DNA of 64,000 bases, from sequence record OQ411014.1; one strand, given 5' to 3'. The notes under the pieces were generated by a model. The model did not search any database. It was not told the origin of the DNA and saw nothing but the letters and a program-made list of their open reading frames with translations. Shown here piece by piece: positions 37,075 through 46,749 of the stretch; position 1 is the stretch's first letter, and the number at the start of each line of letters is the position of its first letter. A program made the translations under genes and the position numbers. The stretch is from Escherichia phage EJP2.

Positions 37075-37654
37075 TAAGCTATAATCTCGATTAACCATTA
37101 TGGTATAAAGAAACCTAATCCACTCGAAAATGTAGAGGGTAGATGAGTTGAGTAATCGCAACGAAGTGCAAATGAAACCCGTTAGGTGAAGGCATAGTTA
37201 GTACCTCCCACGGCGACGCGGCACTATAAATGAGCATGGTAAGATGATATTGCTCACTCGATAGACGTATAGGATGAACACCTACCAAATATCTAAGGGA
37301 GTTCATCAAAAAGGCTGGCTATAGATCCGTCCAGAATTTGATGAACACAGTACTGAATTGACTGTATAGTTCAGTACTGAAGTGTAGTAAGACTACGACC
37401 GTTGCAGAACAGAGATAGGGAGAAACAGGGCAACCCGCTTCCGTATCGTAAGATAATTCTCTATACAGTACTCCGATGCTATCAGCGTCAGATTGTCGTC
37501 CCTCCCTTGTGGGGGGATGAAATTTCCTCAACAAATCTCGTCAGGATTGATTCAGTACTATTGATATTAAATGAATATTCAGTTATGATACGAAGTATCT
37601 AACGAATACCAGACTTCTCATAAGAGAAGGATGTGATGACCCAAAGGAGATATA
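37075..37654 (+). ncRNA. putative structured non-coding RNA region (identity unknown)
   Basis: No + strand ORF of 60 aa or more across ~580 nt downstream of a promoter; multiple strong inverted repeats. Confidence 0.3.
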
Positions 37655-37903
37655 ATGAAGATTTTCAAATTTATTGCTGCTTCAGTACTAGCACTTTCCC
37701 TAAGTGCGTGTGATCGCGTAACAGAAGAACGTTCGCATGAGTTCGCACTTCCTTCTGAGTTAGTTCAAGCAGGATGTAAGATTTATCGTATGCGAGCTGA
37801 AAGTGGTGTAACTCTATATGCTTTGTATTGTCCTAATTCCACAACCACAACAAGCTACACCAGTGGTAAACAAACTCATCATGTCACTACGTACAGTAAC
37901 TAA
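37655..37903 (+). CDS. lipoprotein (82 aa)
   Basis: ORF track; AAGGAG RBS; signal MKIFKFIAASVLALSLSAC with lipobox LSAC. Confidence 0.55.
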   Translation: MKIFKFIAASVLALSLSACDRVTEERSHEFALPSELVQAGCKIYRMRAESGVTLYALYCPNSTTTTSYTSGKQTHHVTTYSN

Positions 37904-37905
37904 CT

Positions 37906-38676
37906 ATGTTCAAAATATCATACTACTCACCTAAGTGTATAACTGAGCTTACACAGTCAGAGATTGATGGTATTGACTGGACTGAAATAGATCCACCAAC
38001 AATGGATTCTATCCCAGAGGATTATCTACATCACGTCAAGAATCTTCCGATTCTCTTTGAAAAGAGAACACCTGGTACGGTCAGTGATGCGTGTCTTCGT
38101 AAGTTACTTCTCAAAAGCATGAAAGGACGTAGTACGTACTATCGTGATAGTATTTGTGAAAGTCTCTGTGACTGGGCTGGGCCAGAATTTAGTGCTAGAA
38201 ATGTGACAATGTTTGCACGTTTCATGCGAACTGGACCAATGTGGAGAACTAAACTCTACCTTATGAAACATAACATCATTAGCCTAAATGTTTACAGAAG
38301 TACCAAATCATTGAGTTCTGCAAACATGGAAGAAGTGCTGAGTTCTGTACATGTCCCAGTGCAGGAAAAGTTTGAGTACTTACTGCATTCGAATTACATT
38401 TTCGACAAGTACAATATCATTGACGAATCGTGCTTATTCGTTCATAATAAGTATCTCATAGATTTGGGCCTACCACCAATAGTGGTTAACCCTAACTCCA
38501 TGAACGAATATGAAGTACAAGAATGGAGTAATCTCGGATGTCTACAATGGGATGTTCTCCTTGATGCGTACCTTCGTGGAGAAATCGCTCCAGAATATCT
38601 GTATGACATTCATATGATGTTCTTTGATGAAAATAGCATGAAAGATAGAACCTTCTATTTTCGTGATAATGAATAG
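37906..38676 (+). CDS. hypothetical protein (256 aa)
   Basis: ORF track. Confidence 0.6.
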   Translation: MFKISYYSPKCITELTQSEIDGIDWTEIDPPTMDSIPEDYLHHVKNLPILFEKRTPGTVSDACLRKLLLKSMKGRSTYYRDSICESLCDWAGPEFSARNVTMFARFMRTGPMWRTKLYLMKHNIISLNVYRSTKSLSSANMEEVLSSVHVPVQEKFEYLLHSNYIFDKYNIIDESCLFVHNKYLIDLGLPPIVVNPNSMNEYEVQEWSNLGCLQWDVLLDAYLRGEIAPEYLYDIHMMFFDENSMKDRTFYFRDNE

Positions 38677-38682
38677 AATAAT

Positions 38683-38712
38683 ACAGTACAGAAACTTTTC
38701 TGTACTTTTTAA
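38683..38712 (+). terminator. rho-independent terminator
   Basis: CAGTACAGAAA/TTTCTGTACT hairpin followed by TTTTT. Confidence 0.55.
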
Positions 38713-38713
38713 G

Positions 38714-38740
38714 AAAAAAGAGTTGACACAGATTTCAGTA
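38714..38740 (+). promoter_or_regulatory. sigma70-type promoter TTGACA N15 TATAAT with TCAGTACTGA in spacer
   Basis: Spacer and -10 identical to promoter at 18701. Confidence 0.5.
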
Positions 38741-38801
38741 CTGATATAATTACTACATCAAGAACGAACTAACTAAAACACTCAAACATAGGATTAAAAA
38801 T

Positions 38802-38960
38802 ATGCCATATCTTCTGATTATTATCATTTCTTTCGGTGCAGGTATCTACAGTGGTAAAGTGATGTTTGAAAAAGAAATCACTGCTGGTGCTTGTTTGGAC
38901 AACAGTACTAAGTCCATCGGAGAGAAGTATGATGATATTATGAAAATCATCAAAGAATAA
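38802..38960 (+). CDS. small membrane protein (52 aa)
   Basis: Uninterrupted frame found by hand; AGGA RBS; preferred over antisense track ORF 38769..38975. Confidence 0.4.
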   Translation: MPYLLIIIISFGAGIYSGKVMFEKEITAGACLDNSTKSIGEKYDDIMKIIKE

Positions 38961-38987
38961 TTCTACACTATACAAAAGGAAACAACT

Positions 38988-39311
38988 ATGAAAGCTCTAC
39001 GTAACATTATCGCTTATGCAGTAATCTCTATGGGTATGACCTTTGCAGCACATGCAAACAGTTCTATCCTATGTGAATCGGAAAATGGCAAACAGCACGT
39101 TATGAAACATAACAGTACTGTTATGACTGTTCACGGTGAAAACTTCAACTTTGAACAAACTGGCACTCTCAAGAGCGGTGCGGATGTATTTGTTTACTGG
39201 AACCAAGAGCGTACTAAACTATTGGCGGTAACTTCTGCTGATAAGCAAACTATTGTTTATCAAATCATGGATAAGCGTCAACGTGTACTTGACATGGGTA
39301 CTTGTAACTAA
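38988..39311 (+). CDS. secreted protein (signal peptide)
   Basis: ORF track; AAGGAA RBS; N-terminus ends AAHA. Confidence 0.55.
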   Translation: MKALRNIIAYAVISMGMTFAAHANSSILCESENGKQHVMKHNSTVMTVHGENFNFEQTGTLKSGADVFVYWNQERTKLLAVTSADKQTIVYQIMDKRQRVLDMGTCN

Positions 39312-39371
39312 TATACTTTATGGGTGCATTAATATTGATGCACCTAAAACAACTAGCTCTGGAGTTTAGAT

Positions 39372-39677
39372 ATGATTGGTGTAAATTGGAATATCATTGT
39401 ATTATGTGTACCGTTGTTATTCATGACTATTGCAATGCTTGTCCGAATGTGGAAGCCCAGCATCACTGAAAAGGATATCGGATTCAATCCGCTGATTCAG
39501 CTACTCGACAATGTTTTATGTATGTGGGTAGTACTGGCATTCGTTTGGCTCTATGTATTCAATGAAGATTATCTAAACGCCAGAGCAGCACTGTATTCAA
39601 TGATTGCACTTGGGTGGTTGTGGTTGACGTGCTTCACTATTCAAACTACAGTAAAGTTCTTTCAAAATAAGGGTTGA
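39372..39677 (+). CDS. membrane protein (101 aa)
   Basis: ORF track. Confidence 0.5.
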   Translation: MIGVNWNIIVLCVPLLFMTIAMLVRMWKPSITEKDIGFNPLIQLLDNVLCMWVVLAFVWLYVFNEDYLNARAALYSMIALGWLWLTCFTIQTTVKFFQNKG

Positions 39678-39700
39678 CTTCGGTCAACCTTTTTTGAGCC
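39671..39700 (+). terminator. rho-independent terminator (hairpin-with-TTGACT family)
   Basis: GGTTGAC-TTCG-GTCAACC then TTTTTT. Confidence 0.55.
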
Positions 39701-39742
39701 TAATTTTGGGAACTTGATCTAGATCAATGTACAGGAGTAGTA

Positions 39743-40069
39743 ATGAAAAAGATATTTTTCAGCACTTTAGTAGTACTGAGTTTGTTGTCTTTCAATGTTA
39801 GTGCTTTAGAGTGCATAGATGATGCCGATAATCATTACATCATTGAGCCAGGAGAAGAAGATTCAGTACTGATCAATAACACAGAGTTTTATAAACTCAA
39901 TACGGAGGAATTCAAAGATACAGAGACAACCATTCATGATACTTGGTTACAGGATGAATCTGGAACCATTGCATTACTATCAGTAATAACAACAAAGAAA
40001 TCAAAAGAAGTTCAAACTAAACTGCACTTCGTCCAGGGAGATGAAATGTATAAGGGGATTTGTAAGTGA
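39743..40069 (+). CDS. secreted protein (signal peptide)
   Basis: ORF track; AGGAG RBS; N-terminus MKKIFFSTLVVLSLLSFNVSA. Confidence 0.55.
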   Translation: MKKIFFSTLVVLSLLSFNVSALECIDDADNHYIIEPGEEDSVLINNTEFYKLNTEEFKDTETTIHDTWLQDESGTIALLSVITTKKSKEVQTKLHFVQGDEMYKGICK

Positions 40070-40371
40070 ATACAACACGCGTCATAAACTATGTCATGGC
40101 AGACATGAAACAAGCGTACGAAGATGCATACGTACGTTACTTAGGGAAAGAGGAAGTTATTGCGACGCGAGTATACCTTGCATATGAGATGAGTTGTTCT
40201 ACACACCCTTCACTGAATAGCAAAGAAAACGCTAAGTTATTTCGTAAAGTAATTATTGACCACTACCGTAAAAACGGGTATCATATCCCTAGTGTTATGA
40301 AACTCTTCATGAATGTGATTCCTTCTAAGTATTCAGTTCATGGGGACTACGAGCCATTAACCTTAGAGTGA
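40066..40371 (+). CDS. hypothetical protein (101 aa)
   Basis: ORF track. Confidence 0.5.
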   Translation: MNTTRVINYVMADMKQAYEDAYVRYLGKEEVIATRVYLAYEMSCSTHPSLNSKENAKLFRKVIIDHYRKNGYHIPSVMKLFMNVIPSKYSVHGDYEPLTLE

Positions 40372-40377
40372 TAAACC

Positions 40378-40710
40378 ATGCAACTAAGAGAAGTACCATT
40401 AGTCCTGCCAGTACTGGCAAATTGTGTAGTACTGTTGATATTTGTATACGCATTCTTTGAATGTTTGTGTCACTTATATGTAACAGGAAGATACAGAAAC
40501 AAGTTCTTTGAGTACTCAAGAGTAGACGTAATTGCTTCAACATATTGTACGTTACTGTCGAGTACTTTGGTATGTGCTTTCTGTGTTTATATATTACCGG
40601 ACACATATTTCGCATTGACTATGTGGGCTATGATATCTAATGGTGCTGCTTTGATGTACCTGATATACATCGTGGACTACTGGAATCTAAAAAGAACTAA
40701 ACGTATATGA
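40378..40710 (+). CDS. membrane protein (110 aa)
   Basis: ORF track. Confidence 0.5.
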   Translation: MQLREVPLVLPVLANCVVLLIFVYAFFECLCHLYVTGRYRNKFFEYSRVDVIASTYCTLLSSTLVCAFCVYILPDTYFALTMWAMISNGAALMYLIYIVDYWNLKRTKRI

Positions 40711-40832
40711 TTTTATTCTTTATTTTATGTAGTACTGTAGTGTATACTCTCTTCGCTCCAAAGAAATCTACTATACAGATCTTGAGCGAAGAGATTAATA
40801 AATCCAAATCTAAATCCAATAAGGAGAAGTAA

Positions 40833-41084
40833 ATGTCACTACTTGCTTTTGTAGTACAAATGCTCATTGCAGTTTTAGTCGTACTTCCAGTACTGATCGC
40901 GTTATTCCGTGCTAAACAGGGTGTGTTCTTCGCAACAATGGGCTTGACATTTGTTATCCCAGTTGGACACCAAATCATCTTTGGTTCTTACGCAAACATG
41001 AGCAATACTGTACTAATTGTATATGGTGTATGTTATGTTACAGCACTAGCCCTCGCAATCTTCACTGAAGCAGATAAAGGATAA
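40833..41084 (+). CDS. membrane protein (83 aa)
   Basis: ORF track; AAGGAG RBS. Confidence 0.5.
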   Translation: MSLLAFVVQMLIAVLVVLPVLIALFRAKQGVFFATMGLTFVIPVGHQIIFGSYANMSNTVLIVYGVCYVTALALAIFTEADKG

Positions 41085-41088
41085 GAAC

Positions 41089-41592
41089 ATGCAACTAGAA
41101 AATTGGTTAGGATGGACTATCGTAGTAATATGTGTAGTACTGATGTATGCCCCACTAGTGCTGGTATTCGTCAAAACTAAAACAATCTCAATGCTGCTTC
41201 TGTCAATGGCAATCATTGCTGGTGCAGTAGGTGCACTCTTCGGTCAAGCATCTCCTAAAATCAGTGCAGTATTGATGGTAATGATTTGGGTAGTGATGTT
41301 GTTCGTTTCTCTCAAACTCATTTGGGCTGAGAAGGCTCCAATGTTTGAAGCTGATGAAAAGGGTAAGCGATGGTTCCTGTACTGCTTGAGTCATGATTTA
41401 CGTGTACGCATTACTGACGGAAAGATTGAGTACTATCTAGGTGAAGTAGTAACGCTTGACGAAATTCTAAAAGTGTATAAACTATCAGAACAGAATCATA
41501 ATGCATTACTTGACCAGATTGAAGCTGAAGAGTTCGCAGAACATCGTGAACAAATCAAGAAGGACTTAGCTGATTTGCGTTGTGCAAACTAA
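41089..41592 (+). CDS. membrane-anchored protein (167 aa)
   Basis: ORF track; terminator GGGAACC/GGTTCCC follows. Confidence 0.55.
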   Translation: MQLENWLGWTIVVICVVLMYAPLVLVFVKTKTISMLLLSMAIIAGAVGALFGQASPKISAVLMVMIWVVMLFVSLKLIWAEKAPMFEADEKGKRWFLYCLSHDLRVRITDGKIEYYLGEVVTLDEILKVYKLSEQNHNALLDQIEAEEFAEHREQIKKDLADLRCAN

Positions 41593-41646
41593 ACACTAGG
41601 GAACCGATGGGTTCCCTTTATTAATCCAACACACATAGAGAACAAA

Positions 41647-41946
41647 ATGAATTACATCTTATCTGTCATCTTCTTCAGTACTCTAATTGCGTATTCAGTC
41701 AATTCTTATAAAGAGAACATTGCACCAGATATGTATGAGTGTACAATAAATGTACAGTACGATACAGTACTGAAGACTAAGAAAGATACGTTCACATCCA
41801 CACGTCTGAACGAGATTGTAGACCACGGTGGTGCAATGCTGGGTGTTCATGTAGAAGATATGAAAGAAGATTCAGATTCATATAAAGGTGTAGTACTGAA
41901 ATATGAAGACGTAGTTGGTGGTAGTGTAGTGTGTAACAGAATATAA
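41647..41946 (+). CDS. hypothetical protein with N-terminal hydrophobic segment (99 aa)
   Basis: ORF track. Confidence 0.5.
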   Translation: MNYILSVIFFSTLIAYSVNSYKENIAPDMYECTINVQYDTVLKTKKDTFTSTRLNEIVDHGGAMLGVHVEDMKEDSDSYKGVVLKYEDVVGGSVVCNRI

Positions 41947-41961
41947 AAAGAGGTACGAGTG

Positions 41962-42135
41962 ATGAAAAAATGTACACTTTATGTATTGGCTTTTAGTATC
42001 TTTGCTGTACTGACATATTTTTCATTTTCTATCAAAGAAAGTTCTTCCCTTTGGGTATTCGTTGTGTTAGAATTCTTTTCGTTGGCAGTGACAATGTTGT
42101 TCATCGAACTATATTGTCGTTACATTAAAACTTAA
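41962..42135 (+). CDS. small membrane protein (57 aa)
   Basis: Uninterrupted frame found by hand; AGAGG RBS; below ORF-track cutoff. Confidence 0.4.
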   Translation: MKKCTLYVLAFSIFAVLTYFSFSIKESSSLWVFVVLEFFSLAVTMLFIELYCRYIKT

Positions 42136-42149
42136 ATGAGATACTAACC

Positions 42150-42785
42150 ATGACTAAACAAGATATTTTCAAAACTGTAATCAATGCTCTTCGGTCTGAA
42201 GAAGTTCGTTGTATGATGGAATACAACATCAATAAAGCCACTGACGCTATCGTTCCTGTTATTGAAGCTGCTGGCCTGGTGTTCGTTGGTATTGGTATGT
42301 ATTCTGTCGTTGTGGAGCATCCTAAGTACCCTGGACGTGTGTTTAAGGTTAGTACTTCACGTTGGGATGGTTTCCGTGAGTACGCTAAGTACTGCAAAGA
42401 TAACAGCAACAAACCATTTGTACCTGCTATCTATAGTGCTGAAGTTAAAGGTAACTTCGCATGGTATGAGATGGACAAATACTTCTCAATCATGAAGGCT
42501 GATGAATCTGATTTCGTAAGCAACAAAGCAGATGAAATGTATTCCTTTGCTAATGCTGGTCAGTACGGTTCATCTCTTCGTGAAGAGATGGATGTACAAC
42601 AGGATCGTATGGATATCTACAACTTCGCTAAGGAGTTAGAAAGTGCATACGGTTCGCGTTTCACGCTGGACATTCACACTGGCAATATCATGATGGATGT
42701 ATTCGGTAACTTCTTTATCACTGACCCACTTGCTGGTGATTTACGCCGCGAGATTCCAGTACTGGAAGAAGATCCAGTATTCTAA
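42150..42785 (+). CDS. protein kinase-like fold protein (211 aa)
   Basis: ORF track; glycine-rich GIGMYSVV, lysine in VFKV, catalytic-loop-like DIHTGNIMMD, DFG-like ITDP. Confidence 0.5.
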   Translation: MTKQDIFKTVINALRSEEVRCMMEYNINKATDAIVPVIEAAGLVFVGIGMYSVVVEHPKYPGRVFKVSTSRWDGFREYAKYCKDNSNKPFVPAIYSAEVKGNFAWYEMDKYFSIMKADESDFVSNKADEMYSFANAGQYGSSLREEMDVQQDRMDIYNFAKELESAYGSRFTLDIHTGNIMMDVFGNFFITDPLAGDLRREIPVLEEDPVF

Positions 42786-42794
42786 GGAGATATA

Positions 42795-43088
42795 ATGAAA
42801 GGTGCATTATTAGTAATTTTTGGAATGATTTTGATTTATTTTAGTGTTGACAAGTACACACAAAAGTCTGTACAATCAGTACCAGAAGCCCAAGAGACTT
42901 CACCAGTTCAGGAGCCACCAGCACCGGAACCTAAGTCCCAAGAGCAAGTACAAAACGAATACTACGCACATCACGTGTATCGTTTTAAAGATGACAAGTA
43001 CAAAGTTATTTGCTGGCGTATCATGAATATGAACCATGCAGGTTTATCTTGTCTCCCTGAACATTTGGTAAACGAAAGGACCGAATAA
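42795..43088 (+). CDS. membrane-anchored Pro/Gln-rich protein (97 aa)
   Basis: ORF track; AAGGAG RBS. Confidence 0.5.
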   Translation: MKGALLVIFGMILIYFSVDKYTQKSVQSVPEAQETSPVQEPPAPEPKSQEQVQNEYYAHHVYRFKDDKYKVICWRIMNMNHAGLSCLPEHLVNERTE

Positions 43089-43420
43089 TGAATATCATTT
43101 ATCCTAACACAAGCACCAATTTTGATGACGTTGTAAGTGTTCTGAACAATAACAGTACTGTAACAATTCAGTTTCAGTTATCACCAAGTACTGGTCTTCT
43201 TGTGAAGAAAGAAGTATCCAAATACGTTGGCTATGAAAACCAAACTGTAATTGAAGTTTCGTTCTATGAAGATGATGCATCTGTGTTCGGTCGCATGTCA
43301 TCTGGTACTGAAATTCATGCAGCAGATGAAGCACTATTAGTAGTGCGTGCACTAAAGGAACGCTTGGCTTCAACGTCACCAAGCGATGTCAGTTCTATCT
43401 CTCTAGCTCGCGTGTGGTAA
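43088..43420 (+). CDS. hypothetical protein (110 aa)
   Basis: ORF track. Confidence 0.5.
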   Translation: MNIIYPNTSTNFDDVVSVLNNNSTVTIQFQLSPSTGLLVKKEVSKYVGYENQTVIEVSFYEDDASVFGRMSSGTEIHAADEALLVVRALKERLASTSPSDVSSISLARVW

Positions 43421-43425
43421 ACGAA

Positions 43426-43728
43426 ATGAAACAGGTTATTATTGCAACGTTTGTATTTTTACTATTCACTCCAGTAACTTATGCTGGTATCAATCTGGAT
43501 TGTGTACTCACTAATTCATCTGGTGCAAAGATGCAGATCAATACCAGACAGACCTTTGGTGAATCTTATATTGAGTCAGATGCTTATATCAACTTCAAAG
43601 CAGTGGACTTTGTTGAAGGCTCGTTCATCAACTCCAACATGGTACTGGATAAGATTACTCTCAAGGGAGTGTTCAGTACTCAAAAGGATAACGGTAAAAC
43701 CCATCACGCAATGGTAGATTGTAACTAA
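43426..43728 (+). CDS. secreted protein (signal peptide)
   Basis: ORF track 43414..43728 (GTG) trimmed to ATG; N-terminus MKQVIIATFVFLLFTPVTYAG. Confidence 0.5.
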   Translation: MKQVIIATFVFLLFTPVTYAGINLDCVLTNSSGAKMQINTRQTFGESYIESDAYINFKAVDFVEGSFINSNMVLDKITLKGVFSTQKDNGKTHHAMVDCN

Positions 43729-43743
43729 GAGGAAAGCTAAGTT

Positions 43744-43827
43744 ATGACGTACTTATCTATTGCAGTTGTTGTATTTTTAGTTTTAGTCGTTTGTGCATTT
43801 GGGTATCTCATGACTAAAGGTGATTGA
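43744..43827 (+). CDS. membrane micro-protein (27 aa)
   Basis: GAGGAAAG RBS then ATG; single hydrophobic helix; speculative. Confidence 0.3.
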   Translation: MTYLSIAVVVFLVLVVCAFGYLMTKGD

Positions 43828-44018
43828 ATGTGAAATACATATTAGTCCTACTAGTATTATTCACTACATGCACAAATGCTAGTGCATTGAAGGAGCAGAA
43901 ATTCTTTGTATCCTTCTTTGCACCAGTACAAACGAAGCACATTAAATGGACGTATAATTCAAATCTACTAGAGTTGAATGAGCACAGGATTGGATTCGTT
44001 ATCAATTACGTGTGGTGA
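43824..44018 (+). CDS. secreted small protein (64 aa)
   Basis: ORF track (TTG start overlapping upstream stop); signal-peptide-like N-terminus. Confidence 0.4.
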   Translation: MNVKYILVLLVLFTTCTNASALKEQKFFVSFFAPVQTKHIKWTYNSNLLELNEHRIGFVINYVW

Positions 44019-44040
44019 ATAACAATTCAGTACTGAAGAA

Positions 44041-44073
44041 TGGGTTGACTTAGGTCAGCCCTTTTGTTATAAA
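44041..44073 (+). promoter_or_regulatory. terminator-promoter module (GGGTTGACTTAGGTCAGCCC hairpin, T-run, TATAAA)
   Basis: -35 TTGACT inside hairpin stem, 17 nt spacer, -10 TATAAA. Confidence 0.55.
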
Positions 44074-44120
44074 TAACGGTATAGAAAAACACTATATGAA
44101 ATCTATGGAGAGAAATCAAA

Positions 44121-45641
44121 ATGCCAAATGATATGAAACACAAGAATGGTGCATTAGTACAACACTCTGACAAATGGAGTGAAGCTAATCGTCGTAAGAA
44201 TTCACACAACGCAGGCCAAGGATCTCGTGGCTCTCGCAATCAGGGGACTGGTGAAGCTGGTAAAGCTAATACAGTTGCTTCTGGTGGTATGGACACTTCC
44301 AATATGTCTCAACATGAGAAACTAAAGTACTTCAACAGTTTAGGACTCCTAAACCCTACACAGAAGAAGCAATTACAAGACATGGACGCTGCTGCATCTG
44401 CACCAAAAGAACAGCCACAGCAAGCTCCTAAAGCTGCTCCTGCTGGTAATCCTGTCAAAGAGCTATCTGATAACTTAGGTCGTATCTTTGCACAGAAGCC
44501 TAATCTAATTCAAGGTATTGTAAAAGAACTACAAGCAGTACCGAAGGAAGAGCTAAAGAGTAAAGCACAAGCTGTACTTGATGCTATGAAAGGCAATCGC
44601 AGTACTGAACCAACCGAAGTATTCAGTACTATCATGCGTGCACTTCAAGCTAAACCACAAGCTGCTCCAGCACAGAAAGCACCTAAGATGGACAGTGCAC
44701 AGGACATGTCAGATTTGTTTGGTAAAGTTGGTGCTGAAGGTAAGAACAACGCACAACAAGTCAAGAACGTCCAAGCTAAGATTATTGATCGTTTAGGTGA
44801 TAATCAAGACAAGACTAAGCGGGCATTTGACGCATTGAACAAAGCACTTGAATCTTATGTTCCTGGTGAGAAAGACAAGTTCCAGACCATCATGAACGCA
44901 GTCTTTGGTGAAATGAAGAAGTACGAAGCAGAGCACGGTGAGAAGGTATCATCTGATGGCTATATGATTCGTAAAGACGAAGAAGGTGCAGTAGACCAGA
45001 AAGATGCTCCTAAAGAGCAAGAAGACCTACCTGATACAGTTGATATGGATGGTTACATTTCTCGTCCAGATGAATATGACTTCGGTTCAGACAAAGAAGG
45101 TTATGAGTATGCTATGGACATTTATCGTTTCCTAGCTAAGAACTATGATTATGCTAACAAGTACGTAGATCAGTTTGTCAGTGCTTGGGATAATTACAAA
45201 GATAAAGGTTATGACTTCCCTGCGGAAGCTGCATTCTTTGAGTTAGGTAAACTACTCCAGAAAGATGGTGTAGAGATTGGCTCGAAAGAAGATACTTCTA
45301 GTCTAGATGCAGAATTGGCAAAAGACCGTCAAATGACACCAGGTTCTAAAGCTGAATTGAATAAGCTCCTATCATGGATTGTTGACATTGGTAAAAATGC
45401 TGGTAAAGATAACAAGAGTATCAACCGCAGTATTTCTTGGATCAATAATAAAATTGATAACAACGGGCGTAAGCTACAGAAAGCATGGAGTGATTTAGTC
45501 AATGGTGCAGATGAGATCGATATTGATTCTCCTGAAGCATATGAGTATGCGATGACGACTCTAGACAATTCCTTCCAGGACTATGAAAATGGTAATCTAA
45601 CTGCTAGTGAACAAGACATCATGCGTTCACACGGAAAATAA
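44121..45641 (+). CDS. large A/K/Q/P-rich protein (506 aa)
   Basis: ORF track; GGAGAG RBS; low-complexity N-terminal half; host-like codon usage. Confidence 0.65.
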   Translation: MPNDMKHKNGALVQHSDKWSEANRRKNSHNAGQGSRGSRNQGTGEAGKANTVASGGMDTSNMSQHEKLKYFNSLGLLNPTQKKQLQDMDAAASAPKEQPQQAPKAAPAGNPVKELSDNLGRIFAQKPNLIQGIVKELQAVPKEELKSKAQAVLDAMKGNRSTEPTEVFSTIMRALQAKPQAAPAQKAPKMDSAQDMSDLFGKVGAEGKNNAQQVKNVQAKIIDRLGDNQDKTKRAFDALNKALESYVPGEKDKFQTIMNAVFGEMKKYEAEHGEKVSSDGYMIRKDEEGAVDQKDAPKEQEDLPDTVDMDGYISRPDEYDFGSDKEGYEYAMDIYRFLAKNYDYANKYVDQFVSAWDNYKDKGYDFPAEAAFFELGKLLQKDGVEIGSKEDTSSLDAELAKDRQMTPGSKAELNKLLSWIVDIGKNAGKDNKSINRSISWINNKIDNNGRKLQKAWSDLVNGADEIDIDSPEAYEYAMTTLDNSFQDYENGNLTASEQDIMRSHGK

Positions 45642-45654
45642 GTAAAAATAAGGG

Positions 45655-45683
45655 TTGACATATGTCATCCCTTTTTGTATCCT
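45655..45683 (+). promoter_or_regulatory. terminator-promoter module variant (GGGTTGACATATGTCATCCC)
   Basis: Hairpin with TTGACA in stem followed by TTTTT and weak -10. Confidence 0.45.
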
Positions 45684-45720
45684 ATCAGTACTGAATTAAT
45701 CCCAACTAAGGTGACAAAAC

Positions 45721-46041
45721 ATGGAACTCAAACAATACGACGCAGCAATCGAATTTATGGGTTATACTGAAGAGTACCCAAATGACTTCATCTATAAGCA
45801 CGATGTAGGGCGTGATCATTCAATTTATTTCATTCAGCATAAACAAACTGGTGTACGCATTGGTGTGAATGATACATATTCTGTAGCGAAGAACTTTTCT
45901 TCCTTCAATCATGTAAATTCAACTGTAGCAAAGAATGTTGTTGACACAGTACGCAAATTCATAGAGAATGAACGTCATCAGGAATCAGTTTCCTCCGACA
46001 ACGCAAGCCTTATGAAAGTGTTTGCTCACTATAAACTCTAA
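45721..46041 (+). CDS. hypothetical protein (106 aa)
   Basis: ORF track; AAGGTGA RBS. Confidence 0.55.
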   Translation: MELKQYDAAIEFMGYTEEYPNDFIYKHDVGRDHSIYFIQHKQTGVRIGVNDTYSVAKNFSSFNHVNSTVAKNVVDTVRKFIENERHQESVSSDNASLMKVFAHYKL

Positions 46042-46355
46042 TGCTGAGACTAATCATGACTAATCCACAATCTGATTTTGATATTGAAGTGTATGTAGGT
46101 TCTAATGTGTACCCTGAAATCTTGTCAGATGTACAGGAACTGAAAGGTACAAGTTCAGTACTGCACTTTGAAGAACTTTGCGTGAAGTACGGTTCTATGG
46201 GTGATAAAGAGTTTATTGCATTCTACATGGAAGCGAGAAACTTGAAGTTTTTAGATGGTTCATATTTCAAAGTACAAGAAACAGTCGCAGCAGACTATTC
46301 AAAGAAATATGAAAGTTCAATCATTGACTTGTATAAAAAGTACGGAATCTTATAA
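46041..46355 (+). CDS. hypothetical protein (104 aa)
   Basis: ORF track. Confidence 0.55.
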   Translation: MLRLIMTNPQSDFDIEVYVGSNVYPEILSDVQELKGTSSVLHFEELCVKYGSMGDKEFIAFYMEARNLKFLDGSYFKVQETVAADYSKKYESSIIDLYKKYGIL

Positions 46356-46364
46356 GGAACTCCA

Positions 46365-46742
46365 ATGCGTGTATCATATAAAGTAACTGAATTCAACAAA
46401 GATTTGTTAGTACGTTCTATGTTTGAAGATGCGAAATCATTCAAGTACTTCAAAATTGGATTAGATGCGTGTATTGAGATTCAGAAGTTGATAGATGCTG
46501 GATATATCATCATGGATAATGGTGAACCTATTCCACGGCATTATGAGTTCAAGATTGCATTTGACTCATTCGATTCAGTGCTTAGTATGCCGCGACTGGG
46601 ACCAGATGGGGTTATGTGGTTAGGTTCAACTATGGGTAACATTGAAGATACTGTGTTTGTGTATAAGAAAGAACTCAACGAAGCATTTGGTAAACTTTCT
46701 TACATCAAGCCAGAAGACCAATGTAAACTGAAATTTATTTGA
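46365..46742 (+). CDS. hypothetical protein (125 aa)
   Basis: ORF track; TAAGGAA RBS. Confidence 0.55.
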   Translation: MRVSYKVTEFNKDLLVRSMFEDAKSFKYFKIGLDACIEIQKLIDAGYIIMDNGEPIPRHYEFKIAFDSFDSVLSMPRLGPDGVMWLGSTMGNIEDTVFVYKKELNEAFGKLSYIKPEDQCKLKFI

Positions 46743-46749
46743 GGTATGT

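Noticed and set aside
37075-37654. Group I intron, tmRNA or RNase P RNA in the large ORF-free region
   Set aside because: There are no flanking exon halves of a split gene, no tRNA-like terminal domain or tag-peptide frame ending in ALAA, and no recognisable conserved core elements by eye; kept only as a generic structured-RNA candidate.
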